Below, piece after piece: positions 1 to 8,603 of a DNA stretch of 46,890 nucleotides (position 1 is its first letter; each line of letters opens with the position of its first letter). The notes below the pieces were generated by a model. It was not told the DNA's origin. It saw only the letters and a list, made by a program, of their open reading frames with translations, and did not search any database. The stretch spans positions 1 through 46,890 of the forward strand of contig DATGJK010000304.1 of assembly GCA_035295245.1 (NCBI GenBank). Reading direction: 5' to 3'. Source of the stretch: Acidobacteriaceae bacterium (GTDB lineage: Bacteria > Acidobacteriota > Terriglobia > Terriglobales > Acidobacteriaceae). The position numbers and the translations under genes were made by a program.

Positions 1-143
1 TTCTCGTTGCGGAAGTCGTCGAGCAGCAGGAACGGATCGAACTCCTTCGTCTTGCCAAAACCGAAGGCGCGCTCGAGCCGCACGCCGGCGCCCTCCAGGG
101 TTGGGGTGGTGCTCAAAATCTCGCGTACAGGACGGAGAGACAT
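1..143 (-). CDS. Pirin family protein, N-terminal fragment (gene continues beyond the window edge)
   Basis: Minus-strand ATG at 143..141. My own translation is MSLRPVREILSTTPTLEGAGVRLERAFGFGKTKEFDPFLLLDDFRNE. It carries the EGxGV..R.F...DPFLxLD pattern typical of pirin N-termini. It is absent from the ORF track because it is truncated. Confidence 0.6.
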   Translation of the reverse strand, partial: MSLRPVREILSTTPTLEGAGVRLERAFGFGKTKEFDPFLLLDDFRNE

Positions 144-319
144 GGAATGCCTTTCAGCCTTCCCTGCATTGGATTTTTGGGGGTGTTAATCAGGGAATCA
201 AGTATCAGATGTGCCAAACGCCGGAACGATTCACATCCCTCCACTAGTAAAACCTGATGGAACTGCGCCAGATATCAGACTCTAAAAGGCTTGCTATCCT
301 GTTGCCTATTGCCTGTTCC

Positions 320-1807
320 CTAGTCCCTGGTGTCCGTCCCCTGCGTTCGGAGCGACTCCAGCATCCGCTCAAACGTCGGGCGGACAGACGCAAAATCCGG
401 CTCCGGCGCCACAAACACGAAATACCGTAGCCCGTCCCTCCCTGGCAGCCCCACGATCCAGTCGTGCTCACCGCGCCCGCCGTTGGCCTGCGGGTCGACG
501 CTCTGCGCGCTCTCCAGGTTTTGCCCGGCGGCTTGCACCGTCGTCACCTGCGACGGCTGCAGTCCCGGATTGTCGCTGCTCAGATCGTTCAGCAGCGCAG
601 CAAACTGCTGATCCGGCGGAGTGCCCGGATCGGTCATCGTGATATCGGTCAGCACGCCGTAAACCAGGTTCCCCGATCCGTTCGCCCCACGCGTAATGCC
701 CCCCGGCGGGGCGATCATGCCCGAATCCGCATCGCCCAGCACGCGCCACGTGGACGGCACCTCCATCGTGAAGCCCACGCCGTGAAAGAGGCTCCAGTTC
801 CGTGGCGGCGCCAAATCCACGCTCGTCACAGATGCTGACTGCGCGTCGTACGGCGGGATGCCCGTCTCCACCGTCCCGTTCGGGCCCTCGCGCTTCCATT
901 TCCCGCTGGCCACCTCTTTCGCCGTGTAGGCGTGCATCCCCTTCACCACGTCATGAATGTGGCGGAACGCGTCCGTCTGCGTGACCGGGCGCTGGCGAGG
1001 TGGAAATTTTGCAATCTCAGCGTCGATGTAGTCGGTGCGGTTGCCAGGATTTGGGTGGTCGCTCAGGAACTGCGCGCCGCCCTTACCGTACTTGCCCTCG
1101 ATGATCTCGAAGAACTGCGGCATCGCTCGCGGATCGTACCCCGCGTCGTACAGGATCTGTACTCCCTCCAGATCAGCCTGTTTTTCGGCCCCTCGCGACA
1201 TATGCAGAAAATCGAGCCCGGCGCCCAGCCCAATCGTGTTCTGAGCAATGTTGCCCAGAACGCCCCCGCCCAGCGCGATGCCTGCAGCCAGCTGTCCCAG
1301 GCCCGCAAGCAGCCCCACATGCTGCTCCTTCTCCATATTGCAGATGGAGTGCTGGAGGACGACGTGCGACATCTCGTGCGACATCACGGCTGCCAGCTGC
1401 GCCTCGTCATCGGCTGCCTGAATGGTCCCGAGGTTCACGAAAATGGTGCCGCCGGGCAGCGCAAAGGCGTTGATGTCCTGCACGTTGACCACATGGAAGT
1501 TGAACGGCCACTTGTATCCCGGCGCGTACGCGGCCAGCTTCTCGCCCAGCGACTGCACGTAACGGGTCACTTCGCTGTCGTCGGGCAGCACCGGCATTTG
1601 TTTGTAGACCTGCCGCGCCACCTTGCGTCCGACCTCGATCTGCTTCGCCGGCGAAACGTGGTTGCTGCACGGTTCAAACTCAGCGTGCGCCGCGGCGGTC
1701 CGCGCACCTGTGACAACCAGCAGAGCAAGAGCCACAAAGGGCAAGCGAGAGCGGAGGAACCGCCGTGGGTTTCCCATCAATAGGTTGGAGTGTGAAAGAC
1801 CTGCCAT
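320..1807 (-). CDS. Secreted M48-family zinc metallopeptidase with a ~190-aa C-terminal extension
   Basis: 495-aa ORF. HExxH motif in AAVMSHEMSHVVLQH. N-terminal hydrophobic signal-like segment (LPFVALALLVVTGARTAAAHA). The start could instead be the internal M of MGNPRRF. Confidence 0.88.
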   Translation of the reverse strand: MAGLSHSNLLMGNPRRFLRSRLPFVALALLVVTGARTAAAHAEFEPCSNHVSPAKQIEVGRKVARQVYKQMPVLPDDSEVTRYVQSLGEKLAAYAPGYKWPFNFHVVNVQDINAFALPGGTIFVNLGTIQAADDEAQLAAVMSHEMSHVVLQHSICNMEKEQHVGLLAGLGQLAAGIALGGGVLGNIAQNTIGLGAGLDFLHMSRGAEKQADLEGVQILYDAGYDPRAMPQFFEIIEGKYGKGGAQFLSDHPNPGNRTDYIDAEIAKFPPRQRPVTQTDAFRHIHDVVKGMHAYTAKEVASGKWKREGPNGTVETGIPPYDAQSASVTSVDLAPPRNWSLFHGVGFTMEVPSTWRVLGDADSGMIAPPGGITRGANGSGNLVYGVLTDITMTDPGTPPDQQFAALLNDLSSDNPGLQPSQVTTVQAAGQNLESAQSVDPQANGGRGEHDWIVGLPGRDGLRYFVFVAPEPDFASVRPTFERMLESLRTQGTDTRD

Positions 1808-1897
1808 GGGTTTGCGAACTCACCACAATGGCATGGAGCAGACGCTTCTGCCAAATGCAGCCGTGAATCCGGCAGGGGAGGCTATCATCGTCTCCTG

Positions 1898-4048
1898 ATG
1901 AGAATTGCACGGTTTTTGCTGCTGGTCCTCTTCGGATTCACATCGGCTTTTGCCTGGGCACAGGGCACCGCACCGACCTTCCGCTTCAACGCCGGCCATA
2001 CCGCCGTTGCTCTGCCTGGCCGGGATCCCGCCCAGGGCGGCACCACTGTCATTCCAACTGTGCTCGTGACGGTGCGCCTTCAGTTCGACTCGAAGCTGGT
2101 TGCCGGTAAGCCACTGAGCCTCGATGCGAGAGCGGATATTTCCCGCGTTCTGCGCTCCCCGGTCTTTGCGAAGGCTCCGTTCGGAGCAGAGGGGACCGCC
2201 CAGTACCTCGACGCCATGCTCCGCGCCACCACGGGAGCACCCAGCGGATACCACACGCTGCTCGGCAAGCCGGAAGTACATCCGGTGACTGTGGAGGTTC
2301 CCGCGGGCTATGGATACGTGCTCACATCAAAGCGGACCGGCACCGTCCTGGCGATGGCCGATGTGGAGTACGTGCAGCGGGCCATCTTTCGGCAGCTTCC
2401 TCGCCAAGAGGGCAAGCTGGTGATCGCGCTCACCCACAACACCGGCTACTACACCTACGGCGACGCCACCGTGTGCTGCACCTGGGGAACTCACGGGGTC
2501 GACGAGGCCACCGGAAACTCCTTCGTGCTGGCCTCTTACCTCGGGACCACACCGCCGCTCGTCGAAGAGCACGACGTGCAGGCGCTGACCGGACAGCTGG
2601 CGGAGTGGGCGAACGATCCCCTCCACGACCCGCTCTTTCACATCGCCTTCCGCCGCCCGCTGCCCGCTGCGGAAAACATTGTCCCTTCCTGGAAGTGGCC
2701 GACGATCAACGGCACAGAGCATCGAGGTTGCGGCGGTGACAGCCCTGCCACGCGCTATACGCTGCAGGAACCGCTGGAAACCAACGAGCGCAGCGATTTG
2801 CCGGCCGGGCCGCCCTCGGTGGTGCATGCGCTGGGAGCGGCATGGCATCTCGCCAATGTCGCGCTCATGGCCTGGTATACCGGCGGGTCGGGGCCGTATA
2901 GCTTTCCGGATCCGCAGATGCTCTCCGCCCCAGCGACTCCCTGTCCGGCCTTTCACCCTCCGGCTCCGGCAATGGCCAACGAACCGGCTCCTCCGCCGTC
3001 GGTGGCGGCCATCCCCTCGTCCGGAACAACCAATGCGCACGAGCTGATCGGCTATTGGACGGGAAACGGACCCGGGGGAACGCTCCTGCGGCTGCGCGAC
3101 GTTTCGCCGCAGTGGGATGTAATCCTCGTCGCCTTTGCCAACGTGAACCACCACGCGCCGGAAGGCACCCTGCAGATGCACGTCCGGGTGCGGCCCGGAC
3201 AGCCTCCCATGGACCTGGGACAAATGAAGGATGACATTGCATGGCTGAAGAGCCAGGGCAAGAAAGTGCTGATCTCGCTCGGCGGCGGTGGCGAGACCTT
3301 CACACTGGCCCAGGCCGCCAGCATCCCGAATTTCGTAAACTCCGTGACACAGATCGTGACCGACTACGGCTTAGACGGAATCGATCTCGACTTCGAGTCC
3401 CCTTCGCTCGTGCTCGATCCCGGTGACACTGATTTCCGGCATCCCAAAACGCCGTCGGTGGTGAATCTCATTACTGCTTTGCGCCAGCTGCACGACCACT
3501 TTGGGCCGAACTTCATGCTGACCCTGGTGCCGGAAGGTACACAGATCCCCGGCGGCTATGCGGGCTACGGAGGTCAGTTCGGGTCGTATCTTCCTCTGCT
3601 CTGGGGAGTGCGCGACATCCTGAGCTTCATCGATGTGCAGGACTACAACACCCCGCCCTTCGAGGGACTGGACGGGGAAATCTACCAGCTTGGATCAGTC
3701 AACTACGACGCCGCGATGACGGAGCTGCTGCTGCATGGTTTCCCGGTGAGTCAGCGCCCGCGCGACTTCTTCCCGCCCATCCCTGCGGATAAGGTCGCGG
3801 TGGGTTATCTGGTGGGAACGGCCACGCCGCAACTGGTGAGCGGAGCGATGCAGTACCTCATCACCGGCAAGGCTCCGGAAGGAACGACCTACCGGCTGCG
3901 TCGTCCCGGCGGATATCCCGGCATGATCGGCGCGATGTTCTGGACCATCGACGGCGATCGCGATCAGAACTATTCGTTTTCGAACCTGGTCGGGCCGCAG
4001 CTGCATGGATATCCAGCCGGCCGGCGCCCCCAACAACCCAGCAACTGA
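1898..4048 (+). CDS. Secreted glycoside hydrolase family 18 (chitinase-like) protein with an unknown ~380-aa N-terminal domain and a Pro-rich linker
   Basis: 716-aa ORF. Signal peptide MRIARFLLLVLFGFTSAFAWAQG. GH18 catalytic DxxDxDxE motif in YGLDGIDLDFE, preceded by KVLISLGGG. Pro-rich linker PCPAFHPPAPAMANEPAPPP. Confidence 0.85.
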   Translation: MRIARFLLLVLFGFTSAFAWAQGTAPTFRFNAGHTAVALPGRDPAQGGTTVIPTVLVTVRLQFDSKLVAGKPLSLDARADISRVLRSPVFAKAPFGAEGTAQYLDAMLRATTGAPSGYHTLLGKPEVHPVTVEVPAGYGYVLTSKRTGTVLAMADVEYVQRAIFRQLPRQEGKLVIALTHNTGYYTYGDATVCCTWGTHGVDEATGNSFVLASYLGTTPPLVEEHDVQALTGQLAEWANDPLHDPLFHIAFRRPLPAAENIVPSWKWPTINGTEHRGCGGDSPATRYTLQEPLETNERSDLPAGPPSVVHALGAAWHLANVALMAWYTGGSGPYSFPDPQMLSAPATPCPAFHPPAPAMANEPAPPPSVAAIPSSGTTNAHELIGYWTGNGPGGTLLRLRDVSPQWDVILVAFANVNHHAPEGTLQMHVRVRPGQPPMDLGQMKDDIAWLKSQGKKVLISLGGGGETFTLAQAASIPNFVNSVTQIVTDYGLDGIDLDFESPSLVLDPGDTDFRHPKTPSVVNLITALRQLHDHFGPNFMLTLVPEGTQIPGGYAGYGGQFGSYLPLLWGVRDILSFIDVQDYNTPPFEGLDGEIYQLGSVNYDAAMTELLLHGFPVSQRPRDFFPPIPADKVAVGYLVGTATPQLVSGAMQYLITGKAPEGTTYRLRRPGGYPGMIGAMFWTIDGDRDQNYSFSNLVGPQLHGYPAGRRPQQPSN

Positions 4049-4076
4049 CAGGTGGTCGGCCACCATTGCCGTGAAG

Positions 4077-4105
4077 AGTGAACAAAAAGGTAAGTGAACA
4101 AAAAG
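4077..4105. repeat. Perfect 13-bp tandem direct repeat AGTGAACAAAAAG (4077-4089 and 4093-4105, 16-bp period) in an A/T-rich intergenic region
   Basis: Read directly from the sequence: ...aagAGTGAACAAAAAGgtaAGTGAACAAAAAGtaa... The local stretch 4081-4140 is about 33% GC by my count. It lies about 45 bp upstream of the ORF starting at 4151. Confidence 0.6.
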
Positions 4106-4150
4106 TAATGCGATCTTTTCCACAGATGACGTTTAGTCTATGCAATATCC

Positions 4151-4489
4151 ATGAACTCCCCACCGGTCAATCCTGCAGATCCCGGCGCCGATATGCGCCC
4201 CGGCGTCAATCCGACAGCGGCTGCAAATCAATTCGTGCTCGAAGCAGCTTTCCTCGCCACATCTCTCGATGCCATCAGCATGCGCGAGAAAAAGGGCCGA
4301 ATCGCCGAGGAAGTCGAGACCGCCTTTGAAAGCTACGAGAAGCTGCTCCGCCGCAGAGCATCGCTGCGGCTGACCGGCGAAGATGACGCCGCAGTCCGGC
4401 AAATCCTGCAGCGAATCCGAAGAAGATTGAATTATCTCCGGGCCTGGCGCATTCATTCGAGCCGCGACCCGCAGCCCACAGGCGAATAA
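4151..4489 (+). CDS. Hypothetical small helical protein (112 aa)
   Basis: ORF with a protein-like, charged and helical composition (AEEVETAFESYEKLLRRRASLRL..VRQILQRIRRRLNYL). I recognise no motif and see no obvious SD sequence. Confidence 0.45.
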   Translation: MNSPPVNPADPGADMRPGVNPTAAANQFVLEAAFLATSLDAISMREKKGRIAEEVETAFESYEKLLRRRASLRLTGEDDAAVRQILQRIRRRLNYLRAWRIHSSRDPQPTGE

Positions 4490-4502
4490 GGAGTGCAGCC
4501 AG

Positions 4503-4598
4503 GTGGGATTAAACGGGCCTCTGGATTATTTCGGATTTTGCGTAATCGCAGTTCTGTTTCTTTTGCTGGTGCTGCTCATCCGCAGAGGTGGCGAGTAG
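4503..4598 (+). CDS. Candidate 31-aa single-pass membrane micro-protein (not in ORF track)
   Basis: GTG at 4503 lies 9 nt after an AAGGAG (4488-4493) that overlaps the stop of the 4151 ORF. Translation is VGLNGPLDYFGFCVIAVLFLLLVLLIRRGGE*, with TAG at 4596-4598. It has a hydrophobic core followed by RR. Confidence 0.3.
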   Translation: MGLNGPLDYFGFCVIAVLFLLLVLLIRRGGE

Positions 4599-4601
4599 CC
4601 C

Positions 4602-5288
4602 CTATTCGATTCTGAATTCGCCGTTCTGCTCTGGCGTGCCAATCTGCGTCCAGAAGCCGCCCAGGGGCGTTCCGTCATTCAGGTAGCTCACTTTATAGAA
4701 GTACCGGAAACGAAAGATCCAGCGGCCATCGAACACGTCGCGGTACGTGATCGACCCCGCCGCATGGATTCCATGCTTCCCCAGCACGATCTCGCTCATC
4801 TTCTCAGGACCCAGAATCTCTGCTGAGGGCTGGCGAAGCAGCGTCATTCCCTGCGCCGGCCGGGAATTGGCCTTCATGACCTTGCCCAGGTTCAGCATCG
4901 ACGATGGAAACGAGGCATTGAAATCAACGCTGTCCGGCTGATCGCCGATCACCGCGCGAAATTCCGTGTGATCGATGAACGCGTCCGTCGGCCCCGAGAT
5001 GGAAACCTCGGCTCGAATCTCGAAAGCATGAAGATTGCCCTTGGTGACCAGAGGATCGAACGGCAGCATCTCTACGCGCAGCCGGGCGCGTTCTCTGCTG
5101 ACGATCATTTCGTTCTGCCGCTGCATTTCCCGGGTCTGCGCCGCAACGCTCTTCACGCTCTTCAGCGCGGCAAGCGCGGCCCATGTCAACGCGATCACCA
5201 CCAGCCAGAGCGGAATGATCGCGGGTGCAAGAAGTTCTTGCCAGGGGTAGGCTCGCAGCAGCCCTCCGACAAACTCTGCGGACATCAT
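4602..5288 (-). CDS. Hypothetical N-terminally membrane-anchored protein (228 aa)
   Basis: ORF with one N-terminal TM (LLAPAIIPLWLVVIALTWAALAAL), a short charged helix (AAQTREMQRQNEMIVSRERARLRVE) and a beta-rich C-terminal domain. I recognise no family. It looks more A/T-rich by eye than its neighbours. Confidence 0.6.
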   Translation of the reverse strand: MMSAEFVGGLLRAYPWQELLAPAIIPLWLVVIALTWAALAALKSVKSVAAQTREMQRQNEMIVSRERARLRVEMLPFDPLVTKGNLHAFEIRAEVSISGPTDAFIDHTEFRAVIGDQPDSVDFNASFPSSMLNLGKVMKANSRPAQGMTLLRQPSAEILGPEKMSEIVLGKHGIHAAGSITYRDVFDGRWIFRFRYFYKVSYLNDGTPLGGFWTQIGTPEQNGEFRIE

Positions 5289-5450
5289 GCTCCGAAAACT
5301 CTATCACAGTGACTGAAGCGTAACCTCCCCCGCTGAACGGGTTTACCGTCTCCAGCGGCTGAGAATCAGCCGCCAAAATCTCTGCGGACACGAATGGCTG
5401 ACCCTTCCGATTCCTGACGGCTCAGCCATGAATGTTGGGTCGCCGGTGTT

Positions 5451-6470
5451 CTATTTCCGGCCGACCTCAAGGACCATGAACGTCCCAGGCTTCGGCCGCG
5501 GACGACCGCCGGAGGGGTTAGGCTCCAGTTCTGCGGTGGGCAGGAAGATCCGATGCGTCTCCCGGTCGAGCCCCATGGTGCGCGCGCCGGCCGCGGTCTT
5601 CACCGTTTGCTCCACGCTCCATTGACCATCCTTCTCGCCGGCCACGACCAGGGAGCCATCGCCGCAGCTGGCAAATGCGTGACCCTGTTCGAAGCGTGTC
5701 GCGTCCACCCCTGCGCCGATGGGCACCGACGTCTCGACCTTGCCGTCCTCGGTGCTCATCACCACCAGTTTTTGTGGATTGCGGCAGCCCACAAACAGCC
5801 GATGTCCCGCCGGATCAATGGCCATTCCCACCGGATGCCCACCCGGCGCCACCGGCCAGCGCGCGATCACGGTACGCGTCTTCAGGTCCACGACGGCGAC
5901 CACGTCCTTATCCTCGAGGTTCACATACACCTTGCCCGAGCCGTCCGTGGCGAGGAACTCCGGCGCGCCACCCAGCTGAATCGACGGATCGATCTTGCCG
6001 CTCTTCGGATCGATCTCCGGGCTGAAGGTCATCAGCGCGTTGCCGTCTCCCGATACGGCAATCACCTTATTGAGTTTCGCGTCGTAGATGATCCCGTCCG
6101 AGTCCGGCATGGTCGGAATCTTGCCCAGCACCGCATAGGTCTTCAGGTCGAAGATGATAATCGCGCCGCTGCCGCCGCCATCTGTGATGAAGCCGCGCCC
6201 CAGCTTCGGGACCAGGGCCACGCCGTGCGAGCGAGCCTGTCCGGGAATGTCTCCCAGCACCTTGCCGGTCCTCTCGTCGATCGCCATGGTGTGCGTGCTG
6301 CGTGTGACGAAAAACCGGTGCTGCGGCGCGTCGACCGTCACGTAATCCCAGCCGCCTTCGCCGCCTACGTGAAAGGTGTTCAGAACCTCCCAGTTCTGTG
6401 CTGACGCCGGCAGCGGTCCTGTGGCCAGCAGCAGCGCCGCCAGTCCCAGGCTGAATCGGATGGTGTGCAT
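5451..6470 (-). CDS. Secreted YncE/YVTN-like beta-propeller repeat protein
   Basis: 339-aa ORF. Signal peptide (LGLAALLLATGPLPASAQ). Repeated blade-like segments (HGVALVP.., DGIIYDA.., PEFLATDGSGKVYVN, PVGMAIDPAGHRLFVG). Confidence 0.8.
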   Translation of the reverse strand: MHTIRFSLGLAALLLATGPLPASAQNWEVLNTFHVGGEGGWDYVTVDAPQHRFFVTRSTHTMAIDERTGKVLGDIPGQARSHGVALVPKLGRGFITDGGGSGAIIIFDLKTYAVLGKIPTMPDSDGIIYDAKLNKVIAVSGDGNALMTFSPEIDPKSGKIDPSIQLGGAPEFLATDGSGKVYVNLEDKDVVAVVDLKTRTVIARWPVAPGGHPVGMAIDPAGHRLFVGCRNPQKLVVMSTEDGKVETSVPIGAGVDATRFEQGHAFASCGDGSLVVAGEKDGQWSVEQTVKTAAGARTMGLDRETHRIFLPTAELEPNPSGGRPRPKPGTFMVLEVGRK

Positions 6471-6584
6471 CTCGCTTCTCCTCCCTTTCCCTTACGCCCC
6501 TCCACAGTAGTGCGCCAACATTAAGCGGGCCTTAAGGAAAGCCGCCGGTCGCCGGCAGCTGACGGGGGAAGCTAAAATATTCCC

Positions 6585-7640
6585 ATGCTCCTCGAAGGCA
6601 TCTTCCCTGCGATGACCACGCCGTTCTATCCAGACGGCCGCCTCTATCTCCGCAAGCTCGAGCACAACGTCGAGCGCTACTCCCGGACACCTGTTTCCGG
6701 GATGGCAGTGCTTGGATCGACCGGCGAGGCCGTCATGCTTTCCGACGACGAGTCGCGGGAGGTGTTGCGCGTGGCCCGGGAGAATGCCGCGCCCGACAAG
6801 GTGCTGCTCGCCGGAGTGGCCCGCGAGTCGGTGATCGAAACGCTGCGCCTCGCTGAATTCGCCGCCGAGCAGCAGTACGACGCTCTGCTCGTCCGCACAC
6901 CGCATTACTACGGCCCGTCGATGCGTCCGCTGGAGCTGATGACCTACTACCGCTCGCTCGCCGACCGTTCCGCCCTGCCTGTCGTGCTCTACAGCATTCC
7001 GAAATTCACGCACCTGGAAATACCGCTCGAAGTGGTCGCCGAGCTGGCGCAGCATCCCAACATCATCGCCATCAAGGATTCCTCCGGCTCAATAGACCGG
7101 CTCACCGCGCTGGTGGCGGCAACCGCCAAGGCGCCAAAGCGCACCGTCAACGTGACGCCCGTCTTTCAGGCAGTCACCGGCCGAATGCTGATGGCTGAAC
7201 TCGAGCCACCGCCGAATTTTGTCGCGGCGGAATCGCTCGGCGGGACCGCCGTCGCTGCCGCTCCCCCCGCGCCGCGCGTGAAGGCGATGCGCAAAAAGGA
7301 AGTGGGCTTCCAGGTCCTTAGCGGATCGGCGCACAACCTGCTGTCTGCCTTCGAGGCCAAAGTCTCAGGAGCCATCCTCGCCTTCGCCGCGCCCGCTCCC
7401 GGAGCCTGCACCGAGGTCTACACCGCCTGGAAAGAGAACGATCCGAAAGTCGCGGCGGAAAAACAGCAGCGCCTGATCAGCGCGGCGAACACGGTGGCCG
7501 TGAAATACGGCATCCCCGGCCTGAAATACGCCTGCGATCTGAACGGGTACTACGGTGGCAATCCGCGAATCCCGCTGCTGCCTCTGACCGCCGAGCAAAA
7601 GGCGGAGATCACGAACGCCATGGCCGACGTGAAAAATTAA
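6585..7640 (+). CDS. Dihydrodipicolinate synthase/N-acetylneuraminate lyase (DapA) family protein with an internal ~55-aa insertion
   Basis: 351-aa ORF. N-terminus GIFPAMTTPF, the GSTGE motif (VLGSTGEAVML) and the Schiff-base lysine context IIAIKDSSG. Extra Pro/Ala-rich segment after the lysine motif. Confidence 0.82.
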   Translation: MLLEGIFPAMTTPFYPDGRLYLRKLEHNVERYSRTPVSGMAVLGSTGEAVMLSDDESREVLRVARENAAPDKVLLAGVARESVIETLRLAEFAAEQQYDALLVRTPHYYGPSMRPLELMTYYRSLADRSALPVVLYSIPKFTHLEIPLEVVAELAQHPNIIAIKDSSGSIDRLTALVAATAKAPKRTVNVTPVFQAVTGRMLMAELEPPPNFVAAESLGGTAVAAAPPAPRVKAMRKKEVGFQVLSGSAHNLLSAFEAKVSGAILAFAAPAPGACTEVYTAWKENDPKVAAEKQQRLISAANTVAVKYGIPGLKYACDLNGYYGGNPRIPLLPLTAEQKAEITNAMADVKN

Positions 7641-7750
7641 GTCGGGCGCTCCACCGTTCATAGCGCCAGCTTTGAACAGCCGGCGATCGTAAAACCTGGC
7701 TTCAGTCTTTGATGTATTTCTGCGGAGCAGAGCTGCGCCCGTTGACTTGG

Positions 7751-7798
7751 CCTATGTAGCATTCTATTGACTAACCTAAGAGAAGAATGCTACATAGG
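7751..7798. promoter_or_regulatory. Perfect 15-bp inverted repeat (CCTATGTAGCATTCT-N18-AGAATGCTACATAGG) directly upstream of the SD of the ABC ATPase gene; candidate operator or RNA hairpin
   Basis: Arms at 7751-7765 and 7784-7798 are exact reverse complements. Two TTGACT hexamers lie at 7742-7747 and 7767-7772. GAGGAGG at 7802-7808 and GTG at 7815 follow immediately. Confidence 0.5.
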
Positions 7799-7814
7799 TG
7801 AGAGGAGGCCTGCC

Positions 7815-8603
7815 GTGCTCCAGGTCCAGCACCTCTTCCGCAGCTATCGCGGCATCCCTGCCATCAGCGATGTCAGCTTCGAAGTCCGCCCCGGAGAGAT
7901 AGTAGGCTTTCTCGGTCCAAACGGCGCCGGCAAGTCAACAACGGTCAGGATCATCACCGGGCTGCTGCGCCCCAACGACGGCCGCGTCCTCTTCGGCGGC
8001 CGCGATATCCACTCCGACCTGCTCTCCTGGCGCGCGCGGCTCGGCTACATCCCCGAAGAAGCCCACCTCTACGCCTGGATGTCCGCGATGGAGTATCTGC
8101 AGCTGGTCGGCCGCCTGCGCGGCATGCGTGAGCGCCTGATCCGGGAAAAGGCGGAGGCGATGCTGCGTCTGCTCGGCCTCGAGTCCTGGCGCTTCTCGCC
8201 CATGTCGGTCTACTCGAAAGGCATGCGCCAGCGGGTGCTCATGGCCGCCGCCCTCATGCACGATCCCGACATGCTGGTCTTCGACGAACCGCTCTCCGGG
8301 CTGGACGTCCTCTCCTCGCGCTTGTTTCGGGACCTGCTGCACGAACTTGCCGGCGCCGGCAAAGCGGTCCTCTATATCTCGCACGTGCTCGAAATCGTCG
8401 AGCAGCTCTGCGATCGCGTGATCGTAATCGCGCAGGGCAAGATCGTTGCCGATGCGGCACCCTCCGACCTCACGCGGTTGATGCAGCTGCCCAGCCTCGA
8501 AAAGGTCTTTGCGCAACTGGTGCGCCAGCAGGATACTCAGTCCGCCGCGCGCGAGATGGTCGAAATCATGAGGATTCCGCATGCTGCCCGCACAGCGAAC
8601 TGA
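7815..8603 (+). CDS. ABC transporter ATP-binding protein
   Basis: Walker A GPNGAGKST, signature-like YSKGMRQRV, Walker B MLVFDEP. I prefer the GTG at 7815 (SD GAGGAGG 7 nt upstream) over the track's TTG at 7767, which lies inside the hairpin loop. Confidence 0.9.
   Translation: MLQVQHLFRSYRGIPAISDVSFEVRPGEIVGFLGPNGAGKSTTVRIITGLLRPNDGRVLFGGRDIHSDLLSWRARLGYIPEEAHLYAWMSAMEYLQLVGRLRGMRERLIREKAEAMLRLLGLESWRFSPMSVYSKGMRQRVLMAAALMHDPDMLVFDEPLSGLDVLSSRLFRDLLHELAGAGKAVLYISHVLEIVEQLCDRVIVIAQGKIVADAAPSDLTRLMQLPSLEKVFAQLVRQQDTQSAAREMVEIMRIPHAARTAN

Noticed and set aside
4051-4064. Hairpin GGTGG-TCGG-CCACC just after the GH18 stop
   Set aside because: It has only a 5-bp stem and no following T-tract, which is too weak to call an intrinsic terminator.
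5356-5428. Hairpins CGGCTGA-GAA-TCAGCCG (5356-5372) and ATGGCTGA...TCAGCCAT (5393-5428) downstream of the YncE-like gene
   Set aside because: Neither has a U-tract on either strand, and the second has a 20-nt loop. They could be stabilising structures, but I cannot support a terminator or RNA-gene call.
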